Origin: Euryarchaeota archaeon UBA229 | GTDB taxonomy: Archaea > Thermoplasmatota > Poseidoniia > Poseidoniales > Poseidoniaceae | DNA length: 47,581 bases | Direction of reading: 5' to 3' | Assembly (NCBI GenBank): GCA_002505355.1 | Contig: DAUW01000076.1 | Span: forward strand, 970 to 48,550 | Shown here: piece by piece, positions 25,846 to 35,111 of the stretch | How positions within the stretch are numbered: the stretch's first letter is position 1 | How the letters are laid out: every line of letters starts with the position of its first letter | Program-made: the position numbers and the translations under genes | The notes under the pieces: model-generated | The model's database searches: none | The model's input: only the letters and a program-made list of their open reading frames with translations | Told to the model about the DNA's origin: nothing

Positions 25846-27045
25846 GTGGCTTGTCGACTAATCATGAGCGACTACCGCATAGCGATACTACCCGGCGACG
25901 GAACAGGTCGAGAAGTTGCCTTAGAGGCTCGTAAAATTCTCGAAACTATTAGTCAAAATACTAACCTAGGTTTTGATATTACAGAAATCGCTTGTGGTGG
26001 TCAAAATTATCAGCAAACCGGAGAAGAATGGGCTGAAGGCTCCTTCGAATTTTGCCGCGATGAAGCCGACGCGATATTTCTCGGTGCTATTGGGCATCCT
26101 GGTGCTTACTTGCCAAATGGAGATTTAGCTGGCGGCTCAGTGATTCTGGGACTTAGGTCAGGATTGGACCTTTACGCCAATGTTAGGCCAGTAAAATTGT
26201 TTGATGGAGTTATGCACAAAGTGCATGGCAAATTCAGGCAGATATGGCAGCCAGATATGGTTGATATGACAATCTTGAGAGAGAACACTGAAGGTCTCTA
26301 CCATTCATTATTGAAGCGAGCCTCCAATCGAGCGCAGGGTTTGGGTGATTATACCATACCAGAAGTTGAATTCCCTGGCCTCAAAGGAGAGGTAGTCTAC
26401 GACCCAAGGCCAATTTCATCGCACGGTACAGAGCGATTAGTAAAGATGGGTTTTGAGATTTCAAAGACGAGAAAAGGTGCGCCAATGGACGGCGTGAGTC
26501 GTGTATCCTGTATCGACAAGAGCAATGTCACTCGAGGATGTCAATTATTTCGTAGAACCTTTGACGAAGTAGCAAAAAATTATCCTAAAATCGCTACCGA
26601 TTACGGATATATCGATGCTTTTACTCAGTGGCTAACCCGAACTCCTGAACATTATGACGTAGTTGTCACATCAAACATGTTTGGCGATATTGCCACTGAT
26701 TTAGCATCTGTTTTGCAAGGTGGGATGGGCATGGCTGGATCGGGTAACATCGGCGATAACCACGCATTCTTCGAGCCAGTTCATGGCTCAGCACCAAAAT
26801 ATGCTGGCATGAATAAAGTCAACCCTATCGCATCTGTTAATTCAATTCAAATGATGATGGATTGGCTGGGAAGAAAGGATGGTAATGACGAGGTACTAGA
26901 AGTTGCCAAGGCAATTGAGCAAAGTGTTTCGGAACATTTGGCTGAAGGTAAACATCTAACCTATGATCTCGGTGGAGATGCCAGCTGTAGCCTGGTCGGC
27001 GATTTGATATCACAAAAACTGGGAACTATCTTGCGCGAGATTTAA
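25846..27045 (+). CDS. Isocitrate/isopropylmalate dehydrogenase-family enzyme (tartrate / D-malate / 3-IPM dehydrogenase-like)
   Basis: YRIAILPGDGTGREV, ILRENTEGLY, NMFGDIATDLAS and FEPVHGSAPKYAGMNKVNPIA. The likely true start is the ATG at 25864 (MSDYRIA...). Confidence 0.85.
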   Translation: MACRLIMSDYRIAILPGDGTGREVALEARKILETISQNTNLGFDITEIACGGQNYQQTGEEWAEGSFEFCRDEADAIFLGAIGHPGAYLPNGDLAGGSVILGLRSGLDLYANVRPVKLFDGVMHKVHGKFRQIWQPDMVDMTILRENTEGLYHSLLKRASNRAQGLGDYTIPEVEFPGLKGEVVYDPRPISSHGTERLVKMGFEISKTRKGAPMDGVSRVSCIDKSNVTRGCQLFRRTFDEVAKNYPKIATDYGYIDAFTQWLTRTPEHYDVVVTSNMFGDIATDLASVLQGGMGMAGSGNIGDNHAFFEPVHGSAPKYAGMNKVNPIASVNSIQMMMDWLGRKDGNDEVLEVAKAIEQSVSEHLAEGKHLTYDLGGDASCSLVGDLISQKLGTILREI

Positions 27046-27330
27046 TTAAAATTTCTTTGGTACTCCGACGGCGCTGGAATTTTCAATATCGAGATCATCC
27101 TCATCATCTTCGATTGTCACGGTAATTTCATCCACGGCATTTGTTGGTGACTTTGCCATAGATTCTAGTTTGTTGATATGTTGCTGAATCAGCTCAAATT
27201 CAATCTCTAAGTCATCCATTTCGTCTCTAACTGATTCGATTTTAGCGCTAATTCGGGCGGCAAGTTTCTTCAACTTCCGCATGACTCGCTTTTCGGACAT
27301 GGGTATAACCAGTAGCTTGGAGTTTTTCAA
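27046..27330 (-). CDS. Small coiled-coil hypothetical protein
   Basis: 84-94 aa, depending on the TTG start at 27330 or the ATG at 27300. It has heptad-like charged sequence and an acidic C-terminal half, and lies immediately downstream of the aquaporin gene. Confidence 0.4.
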   Translation of the reverse strand: MKNSKLLVIPMSEKRVMRKLKKLAARISAKIESVRDEMDDLEIEFELIQQHINKLESMAKSPTNAVDEITVTIEDDEDDLDIENSSAVGVPKKF

Positions 27331-27983
27331 TTGAATGCTTGGGTTTCTTTCGTTGAGTTACGCAATTTTTTGCTAATTAACGCTGCTAAGACCCCGCCAA
27401 ATGTTGTTGCGGTTAGGTATGCTGGGATTACTGTTGTACTACCAAATACCAAGTTTGGTCCAAAAGTACGTGCGGGATTCATCGATGCCCCTGTGTATGT
27501 GCCAAAGTAAAACGCTAGTATGGCGACGACAATACCGACAATCATGCCGACGACGATATCATTGTTAGTATGCCATATAGTGAGGTAAATACTTAGCATC
27601 AAAGCCATGGTAATTGCCACTTCAATCAGTATTCCCCAACCGAGGTTTAGTGAAAAATCAGTCGCTCCTGAGCCACCTAAGGCTAGTCCGGCAATTAACC
27701 CACCAAGTAACTGGGCGCAGACATAAGTGGGAAGCAATTTTTTGTCCAATTCGCCAGATATAGAAAATGCAATAGATACCGCAGGGTTGATGTGCGCACC
27801 ACTAAATCGCCGGGAAAATACAATCACAACACAGACTGCTCCGCCGAATGCTAGTGAAATAATAGGCTCGCCGCTATCCTGTTTGATCGCCAAACACCCA
27901 ATGAATACCATGAAAAAAGTCCCAATAAGTTCAGAGACAAATTCCACTCGCATGTGCCTGCCTGTGAGTCGAGGTTTTTTCAA
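27327..27983 (-). CDS. Aquaporin / MIP-family channel
   Basis: Two NPA boxes (GAHINPAVSIAF and GASMNPARTFGP) and six hydrophobic helices in 218 aa. Confidence 0.9.
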   Translation of the reverse strand: MKKPRLTGRHMRVEFVSELIGTFFMVFIGCLAIKQDSGEPIISLAFGGAVCVVIVFSRRFSGAHINPAVSIAFSISGELDKKLLPTYVCAQLLGGLIAGLALGGSGATDFSLNLGWGILIEVAITMALMLSIYLTIWHTNNDIVVGMIVGIVVAILAFYFGTYTGASMNPARTFGPNLVFGSTTVIPAYLTATTFGGVLAALISKKLRNSTKETQAFN

Positions 27984-28035
27984 TTATCTAAATAGATGAA
28001 TCAATCATAATTGTGAATAACTCACACAACTTAGC

Positions 28036-29166
28036 ATGCACATGGCGCAGGATGCTAAGTTGATGGGAATTCCACAACTCTTGCAGTTTAACACACTGCT
28101 TATTCTGGCTACCCTATTCTTAGCTATAGTAGGCAGTCAAATAATGTCAGCCAATCTAGGAGGCAACAACATAATTTATTCAATAATTATTTTGTTACTA
28201 GCTCTTGGTTTGTTGGTAGTATCGGCAGATTTCTTTATTGAGGGTGCAAAAGGATTAGCAAGGAGGGGTGGTATTCCAGAAGTTGTAATTGGTCTTACCA
28301 TCGTATCAATTGGAACTTCCTTGCCAGAAATATTGGTGACCTCGACCTCAGCACTCAACGTAACGGAGAACAAAGAGGTCGCAGATTTTGCGATTGGCGG
28401 CATTTTAGGCTCAGTATTAGTCCAAATAACTTTGATTTTGGGCTTTGTAGCCTTAGTCAAAGGGCTCAAAATAAGGCCATCATGGCTAAACCGGGACGGG
28501 TTAATCATGATGCTGTCACTACTCTTGATGACGCTGTTTCTCATAACAGATGAAGGAATAACTAGAATTGAGGGAATTATCCTGTCGAGTCTCTACGTTG
28601 TCTATATCAGCTGGTTACTCTACAACAGAAAAGAGATTATGGATCAAGAATCTAGCGGTGAGGCTGAATCAATTGAACTGCGCAGTCTATCATGGTCCGG
28701 AGCAGCATATTTTGTCATGGTTCTGATTGGTCTTGCGTTGGCAGTGTTCGCAGCGCATCACCTTGTTGTCAACGCTAGTGACTTGGCATATGAAATGAAC
28801 ATTCCTCACTCGATAATCGGAACGGTAGTCTCAGGTTTGGGAACTTCTCTGCCTGAATTGACAATTGCCTTCATGGCGGCGCAGCGGTCTCAAGGAGTTG
28901 CTATCGGGACATTGATTGGTTCAAACATCACCGACCCTTTGCTGTCAATTGGTATCGCAGCAACGGTCCACCCGCTATATCTCACCGATGCTGGAGCTGA
29001 TATGATTTTGTTAGTGATACTCCCAGCATCCATCATCAGCACCGCAGTTGCGCTTCTACTAATGCGAACATCATATGAATTTAGAAAGTGGGAAGGAATG
29101 ATTCTGATTGTCATATATTTCATCTTCTTAGCGGTTTGCGAATACTTTAGGCGAGTTGGTTTCTAA
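28036..29166 (+). CDS. Ca2+/cation antiporter (CaCA family, YrbG/NCX_Mj-like)
   Basis: Two alpha-repeats (GTSLPEILVTS and GTSLPELTIAF) separated by a cytoplasmic loop. About 10 TM helices in 376 aa. Confidence 0.88.
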   Translation: MHMAQDAKLMGIPQLLQFNTLLILATLFLAIVGSQIMSANLGGNNIIYSIIILLLALGLLVVSADFFIEGAKGLARRGGIPEVVIGLTIVSIGTSLPEILVTSTSALNVTENKEVADFAIGGILGSVLVQITLILGFVALVKGLKIRPSWLNRDGLIMMLSLLLMTLFLITDEGITRIEGIILSSLYVVYISWLLYNRKEIMDQESSGEAESIELRSLSWSGAAYFVMVLIGLALAVFAAHHLVVNASDLAYEMNIPHSIIGTVVSGLGTSLPELTIAFMAAQRSQGVAIGTLIGSNITDPLLSIGIAATVHPLYLTDAGADMILLVILPASIISTAVALLLMRTSYEFRKWEGMILIVIYFIFLAVCEYFRRVGF

Positions 29167-29203
29167 ACCATGAAATCTTAACCCTCCACCTCATCCGCAC
29201 ACC

Positions 29204-30352
29204 ATGGTCAACTTCAAGCTCGACGATATGCAAGAAGGTTTGAAAGAACTAGCGCATGAATTTGCCATTGATGAAATCAGACCACATGCAGAACATTGGG
29301 ACGAAAATTCTGAGTACCCTAAAGATGCGATTTCCAAAGCCCATGATTTAGGGATATTGAATTTGCATATCCCGGAACAGTATGGTGGCATGGGTCTAGG
29401 CTGCATGGAAGAGGTGCTTGTCAATGAAGAACTCGCTTGGGGAGACCCCGGATTTGCAACTGCCGCTTACGCTACTGCACTTGCATGTGCGCCGATAATT
29501 ACCGGCGCAACAGAAGAGCAAAAACAAATATGGTTGAGAAGAGTTGCTGAGGAAGGACATTTAGCATCATACGCGGTAACCGAGCCAGGTGCCGGTTCCG
29601 ATGTTGCGGCATGCAAAACAACCGCAATTTTAGATGGTGATGATTACGTCATAAACGGCGAAAAAATGTGGATAACCGGGGCAGGATATTCTGATTTTTT
29701 CTTCGTGCTAGCCAAGACCGATCCGGAAGCGGGTTACCGCGGCATGTCCGGTTTCATTGTCGAAAAAGATACTGACGGCTTTTCGTTGGGCAAAAAGGAA
29801 ACCAACATGGGTCAAAGATGTTCAGATACTCGGTCAATAGTTTTCGATAATGTTAGAGTTAGCAAAGACCACTTGATAGGTGGCAGTGAATCTGGCGGTT
29901 GGATGAATGCTATGAAAGCATTTGATGTCAGCCGACCAAACATTGCTGCGCATGCGACAGGTTTGGCTAGAGCATCATACGAACATGCCTTGCAATATTC
30001 AAATGAACGAATGACGTTTGGCAAACCACTACATCAACATCAGGCTATACAATTTATGCTAGCAGATATGAAAACTAAGATTGAAGCATCAAGAATGCTT
30101 ACTTGGAAATCAGCCAATGAATCTGATGAGGGGATCAGAAATACTGAGTCTGCGGCGCACGCAAAACGGTTTGCGGCCGACACGGCGATGGAAGTCTCGA
30201 CTGACGCAGTTCAGATTTTTGGCGGATATGGCTATTCTGAAGAATATCCAGTCGCCAGATTGATGAGAGCTGCAAAGGTGATGCAAATTTACGAGGGCTC
30301 GTCACAAGTTCAAAGGATGATTATTGGAAGAGAGATTACCAAAGATTTCTAG
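29204..30352 (+). CDS. Acyl-CoA dehydrogenase
   Basis: YAVTEPGAGSDVAA, KMWITGA, QIFGGYGYSEEYPVARLMRAAKVMQIYEGSSQVQRMIIGREI; 382 aa. Confidence 0.93.
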   Translation: MVNFKLDDMQEGLKELAHEFAIDEIRPHAEHWDENSEYPKDAISKAHDLGILNLHIPEQYGGMGLGCMEEVLVNEELAWGDPGFATAAYATALACAPIITGATEEQKQIWLRRVAEEGHLASYAVTEPGAGSDVAACKTTAILDGDDYVINGEKMWITGAGYSDFFFVLAKTDPEAGYRGMSGFIVEKDTDGFSLGKKETNMGQRCSDTRSIVFDNVRVSKDHLIGGSESGGWMNAMKAFDVSRPNIAAHATGLARASYEHALQYSNERMTFGKPLHQHQAIQFMLADMKTKIEASRMLTWKSANESDEGIRNTESAAHAKRFAADTAMEVSTDAVQIFGGYGYSEEYPVARLMRAAKVMQIYEGSSQVQRMIIGREITKDF

Positions 30353-30964
30353 TTGAAATTTCGAGGTGAGAATTTGCCAACTGGTATCCCCGCTATCGTC
30401 CTCAGTGGTGGCAGCAGCAATCGTCTCGGCCAACCAAAAGCGTTGGTTAGTATCCAAGGCAAGTCACTACTGTCACTGGCAATAAAAAAATTGCAGCATG
30501 CAGGTTGTATGCCAGTTGTCGTTGTCGTCAACAAAAATTTGCAATATGATGCCTTAATCCATTCACATGGTGCGACCATCGTAGTGAATAAAACACCACA
30601 GAACGGTCGAACCGGTAGTCTCAAGATTGGGTTAAACTCACTTATCGCCGAATTGGGTAGAGTTCCAAACCAGATTATTATGTGTCCAATAGATCGGCCA
30701 GGCTGGAAATCCAGTCATATCGGTTCATTGGTCAACTCCGGAACCTCATCATGTTTGGTAGAAGGTGGCAAAAAAGGTCACCCAGTATCGTTAGTAAAAG
30801 ATGACTTACTTAATATCTTGGGCGCACCTGATGATGCATCACTGAGGAGTCTAGTAGATTTCAGCCCGGTAGAAATAGACAATGGACTTTTGTGGCTAAA
30901 CATCGATACACCTGTCGATTTGGAAAAATTGGCCGACAATTCAAATTTCTTTGATGAACTTTGA
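30353..30964 (+). CDS. MobA/MocA-like nucleotidyltransferase (molybdenum cofactor cytidylyl/guanylyl-transferase family)
   Basis: N-terminal IVLSGGSSNRLGQPKAL (L-x-G-G-x-S-x-R-x-G-x-x-K). ~200 aa. Followed by an XdhC-like gene. TTG start directly after the ACAD stop. Confidence 0.65.
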   Translation: MKFRGENLPTGIPAIVLSGGSSNRLGQPKALVSIQGKSLLSLAIKKLQHAGCMPVVVVVNKNLQYDALIHSHGATIVVNKTPQNGRTGSLKIGLNSLIAELGRVPNQIIMCPIDRPGWKSSHIGSLVNSGTSSCLVEGGKKGHPVSLVKDDLLNILGAPDDASLRSLVDFSPVEIDNGLLWLNIDTPVDLEKLADNSNFFDEL

Positions 30965-31002
30965 GGCGTAAATGGTATCTGTGAAGATGATGCCGCCAAA
31001 CC

Positions 31003-31878
31003 ATGACGAAGCACACTTTATCCTGGGTGGTGAGTAAATTAGCACTTAGGCGACGGGTTGTCATGGCTAGTGTAGTTCAAGCATCAGGCAGTGTGCCCGG
31101 TAAGGTCGGTGCAAGACTAGCGGTTGCTGAGCTAACCCCCGGATTTCACGGAACAATTGGTGGCGCCGGTCTCGAGCATAAGGTGCTAAATCGCTGCAAT
31201 GAATTGCTCAATATCCACACTGAGCCATTTGGTGAGGTGTTGAATTTTGGTTTAAACAAAGGAGCGAAGGGCTATGAAGTACAACCGCTTGATTCTCTTT
31301 GTGGGGGAAGAGTTACAGTGTCCATAGAAGTAATAATTCCCCCACCGCATATCTTGATGATGGGTGGAGGCCACTGTGCTAATGCATTATCGGCTGCTAT
31401 ACAGTCGCTCAATTGGAATTATTCTATTACCGATTCAAGACTTGAATTCTGTAATAACGACCTCTTTCCCACGGCTTCGGAATTAATTCATTGCTCTGTG
31501 GAGGACCACCTCAACAAAGAATCCTATGAATCAGTTAATCGCTTTTCTGATATCCTATTGCTTGGACACGATTGGTCGGAAGATCAGTACAGACTGCTAG
31601 GCCTGCTTGAACTATGTCAAAGTAACAACGCCAGACCGAATGGGAAGACATTTCCCAGGATCGGCGTTATTGGCAGTAGAAGTAAATGGCAGTCATTTTG
31701 CCAAGCTGCCGTTCAGCAGGGCATCAACCAAGAATTACTCGATGACGTGATTTGTCCGATCGGGTTGAACATCGGAGCAGAATCTCCGGAAGAAATCGCA
31801 GTCGCCGTAACTGCGCAAATACTTGCCTTTGCTAAAGGTGTGTCCCCAGGTCAGAAAAATTGGCGGGAATCACTGTGA
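31003..31878 (+). CDS. XdhC/CoxI-family molybdoenzyme maturation factor
   Basis: The N-terminal XdhC_CoxI-like segment is VVMASVVQASGSVPGKVGARLAV. A central Rossmann-like segment is ILMMGGGHCANALSAAI. The 3' end overlaps the convergent orn gene by 9 nt. Confidence 0.72.
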   Translation: MTKHTLSWVVSKLALRRRVVMASVVQASGSVPGKVGARLAVAELTPGFHGTIGGAGLEHKVLNRCNELLNIHTEPFGEVLNFGLNKGAKGYEVQPLDSLCGGRVTVSIEVIIPPPHILMMGGGHCANALSAAIQSLNWNYSITDSRLEFCNNDLFPTASELIHCSVEDHLNKESYESVNRFSDILLLGHDWSEDQYRLLGLLELCQSNNARPNGKTFPRIGVIGSRSKWQSFCQAAVQQGINQELLDDVICPIGLNIGAESPEEIAVAVTAQILAFAKGVSPGQKNWRESL

Positions 31879-32442
31879 ATCAGTGAAGATTTTTTCCCTA
31901 AAATATTGCAACTCCTCAATCGACTCAAGCACATCATCGAGAGCTAGGTGAGAGAGTTTCTTTCGATAACGGTCCAACTTTGGATACCACCTTTTGGCCA
32001 GTTCTTTGATAGTAGATACATCGACCATCCGGTAATGAAGATAATCTGCAACAAGCGGCATTTCTTTATCTAAAAACCGGCGATCATTCCAGATACTATT
32101 GCCACACAGCGGTGCAGTTCTCGGTTCAACCCACTCCTTGAGAAAATCCAAGGTCTGGCGCTCAGCTTCTTTGATTGGTACACCAATCGTTTTGATTCTA
32201 TCGACTAAACCGCTTCTGTTGTGATGCGTGGTATTCCACTCATCCATGCCATCAAGTAATTCATCAGATACCGAAATTGCCAAATTAGGCCCTTGAGCAA
32301 GGATGTTTAATTCACTATCCGTGATTATTGTGGCAATTTCGATGATTGATTCCTTGGCAATATCTAGACCAGTCATCTCCAAATCAATCCAAACCATGCG
32401 CTGGTTCCGCTCGTCCATGTGGGGCCCTAACTGCCAATGCAT
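31870..32442 (-). CDS. orn: Oligoribonuclease (DEDDh 3'-5' exoribonuclease)
   Basis: VWIDLEMTGLD, IIEIATIITD, LCGNSIWNDRRFL, YLHYRMVDVSTIKELAKRWYP and the C-terminal H-x4-D (HLALDDVLESIEEL). High similarity to E. coli Orn as I recall it. Confidence 0.9.
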   Translation of the reverse strand: MHWQLGPHMDERNQRMVWIDLEMTGLDIAKESIIEIATIITDSELNILAQGPNLAISVSDELLDGMDEWNTTHHNRSGLVDRIKTIGVPIKEAERQTLDFLKEWVEPRTAPLCGNSIWNDRRFLDKEMPLVADYLHYRMVDVSTIKELAKRWYPKLDRYRKKLSHLALDDVLESIEELQYFREKIFTDSQ

Positions 32443-32478
32443 TTCAAAACGGCGGCCTTGTCTAAGTGTTAATACTGG

Positions 32479-33672
32479 TTAATCAACTCTAAACGTGCAA
32501 ACCTTTGGGCGAGTGAAAATTTTATGTCTAAAGCGTGCAACTATACTATATGCGAAATTTCTTGCTGGTAGAGGTATCAACCAACAGAGCGGGAATAGCA
32601 TTCTGTAATACCATTTCATGTATAATAAACATCTAATTGCTGCACTCGATTTCATGTATGGTTTCCCGTTTCTAATTAAGTATACAGTGTCTGCAGCGAT
32701 GAATTTTTTCGGTAGTGACATAATTACTCTTTGTGCATCCGGTGAACTATTGGGACGGTATCCAATGTTTGCCTTTGGAGACATACGCTTGTCCATGAAT
32801 GTAGCTAATCTATGACATAAACCACAATCCCCATCGAGGAATAGGAAGTCGCGGTTTATGTCGGTGCCAATTCGTTCTGCAATTTCTATAGAATAGGTGT
32901 TGACAACAACGCCGTCAGAATAGTGGACAATATCTGGAGTTAGATAATCATTAATTCCGAAATCAAAACTTTTGGTCAGCGAATTTTCTTTCAGCTCAAC
33001 CTTGGCGACACTAAACCGCCACGGCTTGTGGTGCGTATAGCCTCTCATTAATCGATTGTCTATGCTTGTATACAGGCTGTATCGTTCGAATAAAAATTCC
33101 TCAATACTACCTTTTTCTGCCTGTTGAGTGGGACCTGCGATGGTCGTCACACCAGATAGAGCCATCTCACTGGATTGTCTTTTGCTTTGCCACATTACTC
33201 GGCTATCATTTTTGATGACGCGCCCATTCGCATAATTGTACGGTAATCCGTAGGCCCTCGTAGCATAGTTACAGGTGATGATGCTTTTTGCTTCTAAGGT
33301 GAGAAAATAGACACCGGCAATCCCGTCTTTCTTAACGTAAGTTCGAACATTGAATTCTGGGAATGTAGAAATAAATGGCACGCTGAACAACCGTCTAGGC
33401 CTAACGTTTTTCATTACAAAGGGGACTAATCCTATGTACGCTTTCCCATCATAAGTGTCAATTTCTAACCCATCTGGAATGTGTGGCTGCAACTTGGCTA
33501 CATCAACTTCCCAATGCATGAAGGTCAAATCTCGCCATTCTTGCGAGAGCGAATGTTTACGACTCGGCATAGGGAATGGAAGATGGTCTGTTGGAAAACT
33601 CCCCTCCATGTTCAGCGCATGGCTTAATCTTGCTTGAATATAACCAATATTTCTTGTAAAAGAGTTGTTCAT
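32479..33672 (-). CDS. Fusion of a DUF2071 (YqjF-like) domain with a DCC-family thiol-disulfide oxidoreductase (DUF393) domain
   Basis: N-terminal part: DLTFMHWEVDVAKLQPHIPDGLEIDTYDGKAYIGLVPF (DUF2071 pattern). C-terminal part: FLFLDGDCGLCHRLATFMDKR (the D-x-x-C-x-x-C signature of DCC proteins). Confidence 0.65.
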   Translation of the reverse strand: MNNSFTRNIGYIQARLSHALNMEGSFPTDHLPFPMPSRKHSLSQEWRDLTFMHWEVDVAKLQPHIPDGLEIDTYDGKAYIGLVPFVMKNVRPRRLFSVPFISTFPEFNVRTYVKKDGIAGVYFLTLEAKSIITCNYATRAYGLPYNYANGRVIKNDSRVMWQSKRQSSEMALSGVTTIAGPTQQAEKGSIEEFLFERYSLYTSIDNRLMRGYTHHKPWRFSVAKVELKENSLTKSFDFGINDYLTPDIVHYSDGVVVNTYSIEIAERIGTDINRDFLFLDGDCGLCHRLATFMDKRMSPKANIGYRPNSSPDAQRVIMSLPKKFIAADTVYLIRNGKPYMKSSAAIRCLLYMKWYYRMLFPLCWLIPLPARNFAYSIVARFRHKIFTRPKVCTFRVD

Positions 33673-33713
33673 TGTTTAGTTATATTGATTTAACAAGCAT
33701 ACTAGCATAACTT

Positions 33714-35048
33714 ATGGCGGAGTTGCTGGAAGCAGAGTTGGTGGAAGAAAGTTCCTCCGGCAGGCTACTCGCCGGATTGCTAATCGCTTCGCTGCTGATA
33801 AGTGCAATTTTCTTAGCCTTCGCATATTCTCCAGCAGATAAGCAACCATCAAATTCGGCGGCAGTTGAGTCTTCAGACGACTGGCGTGCATTTTCTGTTG
33901 TCGCACCAATCGATACAGGCATCAACGTGTATCATGATCATTTCAGGACAAATGAGACTTATCCACAGTGGCTGTTAGACGATCTAGGTGTAAACAAAGT
34001 CTGTGAGCTTACATTCAACGGGACTTGGGAGGAAAGATACGAGTCTGACAGATTAGATTGCTGGGATAATCTCACAACTTCAGACATTGTCTACTTCCCG
34101 GGTACCAAGATAATCGGGACCTCACCAGATGGTAGCGGAGGTGTGTTAATTCTTGATGACCCATCAGATGGTCATGGAACTGCCGTAACGGGCTCGGTGA
34201 TTGACGCCAATCCAGACGCAGTAATTTTCTTTGTCGAGGGTTTCTCAGATAGTGCAGTCCTCGCCGCAGCAAACCAACCATTGGTTGATGTCATCTCGAC
34301 CTCATTTGGTGCCATTGGCTCGATACCCGTGCCAGGAATAGAAGATGCCACCAGGGTTGCAGTAGTGGATCATAACAAGTTGCATACTGGTGCTGCAGAC
34401 AATTCCCCGTCCCCGGCCATCCAAGATGCCACAGCAGGGCCGCCGTGGTCGATCGGTATCGCTGGATATGCAGAAGAAGGAGACGATCAAAAGGAAATAA
34501 TGTCAGGTTCTTATCCCGATATTTCGGCTGATTGGACGCAATACTTGCCTAATCATGATGACATTGATGGCTATCACGAAACCTCAGGCACATCGTTTGC
34601 CACCCCTAGGACGGCGGGTATTATCTCATACGTTCTGCAAAGTTTGCGACATGAGTTTAACGATACCAGTTCGGGAGCCTCTGACGAGCGCGGCGGTATG
34701 TTAGTGAACGGTACCAATTTCTCTGTGTCTAATTCAGAGGTTAGACAGGCGATAAATCTCTCAGCGTGGTACCCAGATTTTGGTTGGGATCCAACCTCCG
34801 GAACAATGCCCATTTCACCGGTAATGCCCTGTACCCAAACCGGCTGGGGTTTAGTCAACTTATCCAATATCGAACCTCTCATAGGTCACCTTAACCAAAC
34901 CTCTCCACTGGCTGATAGGCCGTCCGATGTTACTGCGTGTATGACAGTAAATCAAGAAATGCGGGAATCATATTGGGGGGCCTACCCAAGTTCCACTATT
35001 GCTCTGGAAATTGTGGACGCCGATGAGTACGCAACATGGCGAAATTGA
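33714..35048 (+). CDS. Subtilisin-like (S8) serine peptidase with an N-terminal signal anchor
   Basis: Catalytic blocks in D-H-S order: VVAPIDTGINVYH, DGHGTAVTGSV and SGTSFATPRTAGIISYVL. N-terminal hydrophobic segment LLAGLLIASLLISAIFLAFAY. Confidence 0.75.
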   Translation: MAELLEAELVEESSSGRLLAGLLIASLLISAIFLAFAYSPADKQPSNSAAVESSDDWRAFSVVAPIDTGINVYHDHFRTNETYPQWLLDDLGVNKVCELTFNGTWEERYESDRLDCWDNLTTSDIVYFPGTKIIGTSPDGSGGVLILDDPSDGHGTAVTGSVIDANPDAVIFFVEGFSDSAVLAAANQPLVDVISTSFGAIGSIPVPGIEDATRVAVVDHNKLHTGAADNSPSPAIQDATAGPPWSIGIAGYAEEGDDQKEIMSGSYPDISADWTQYLPNHDDIDGYHETSGTSFATPRTAGIISYVLQSLRHEFNDTSSGASDERGGMLVNGTNFSVSNSEVRQAINLSAWYPDFGWDPTSGTMPISPVMPCTQTGWGLVNLSNIEPLIGHLNQTSPLADRPSDVTACMTVNQEMRESYWGAYPSSTIALEIVDADEYATWRN

Positions 35049-35111
35049 GTATTCATGGCTAATACTTACAGACCAATTATTGATTAATCAGTGATGATTG
35101 GGTGATATCGT

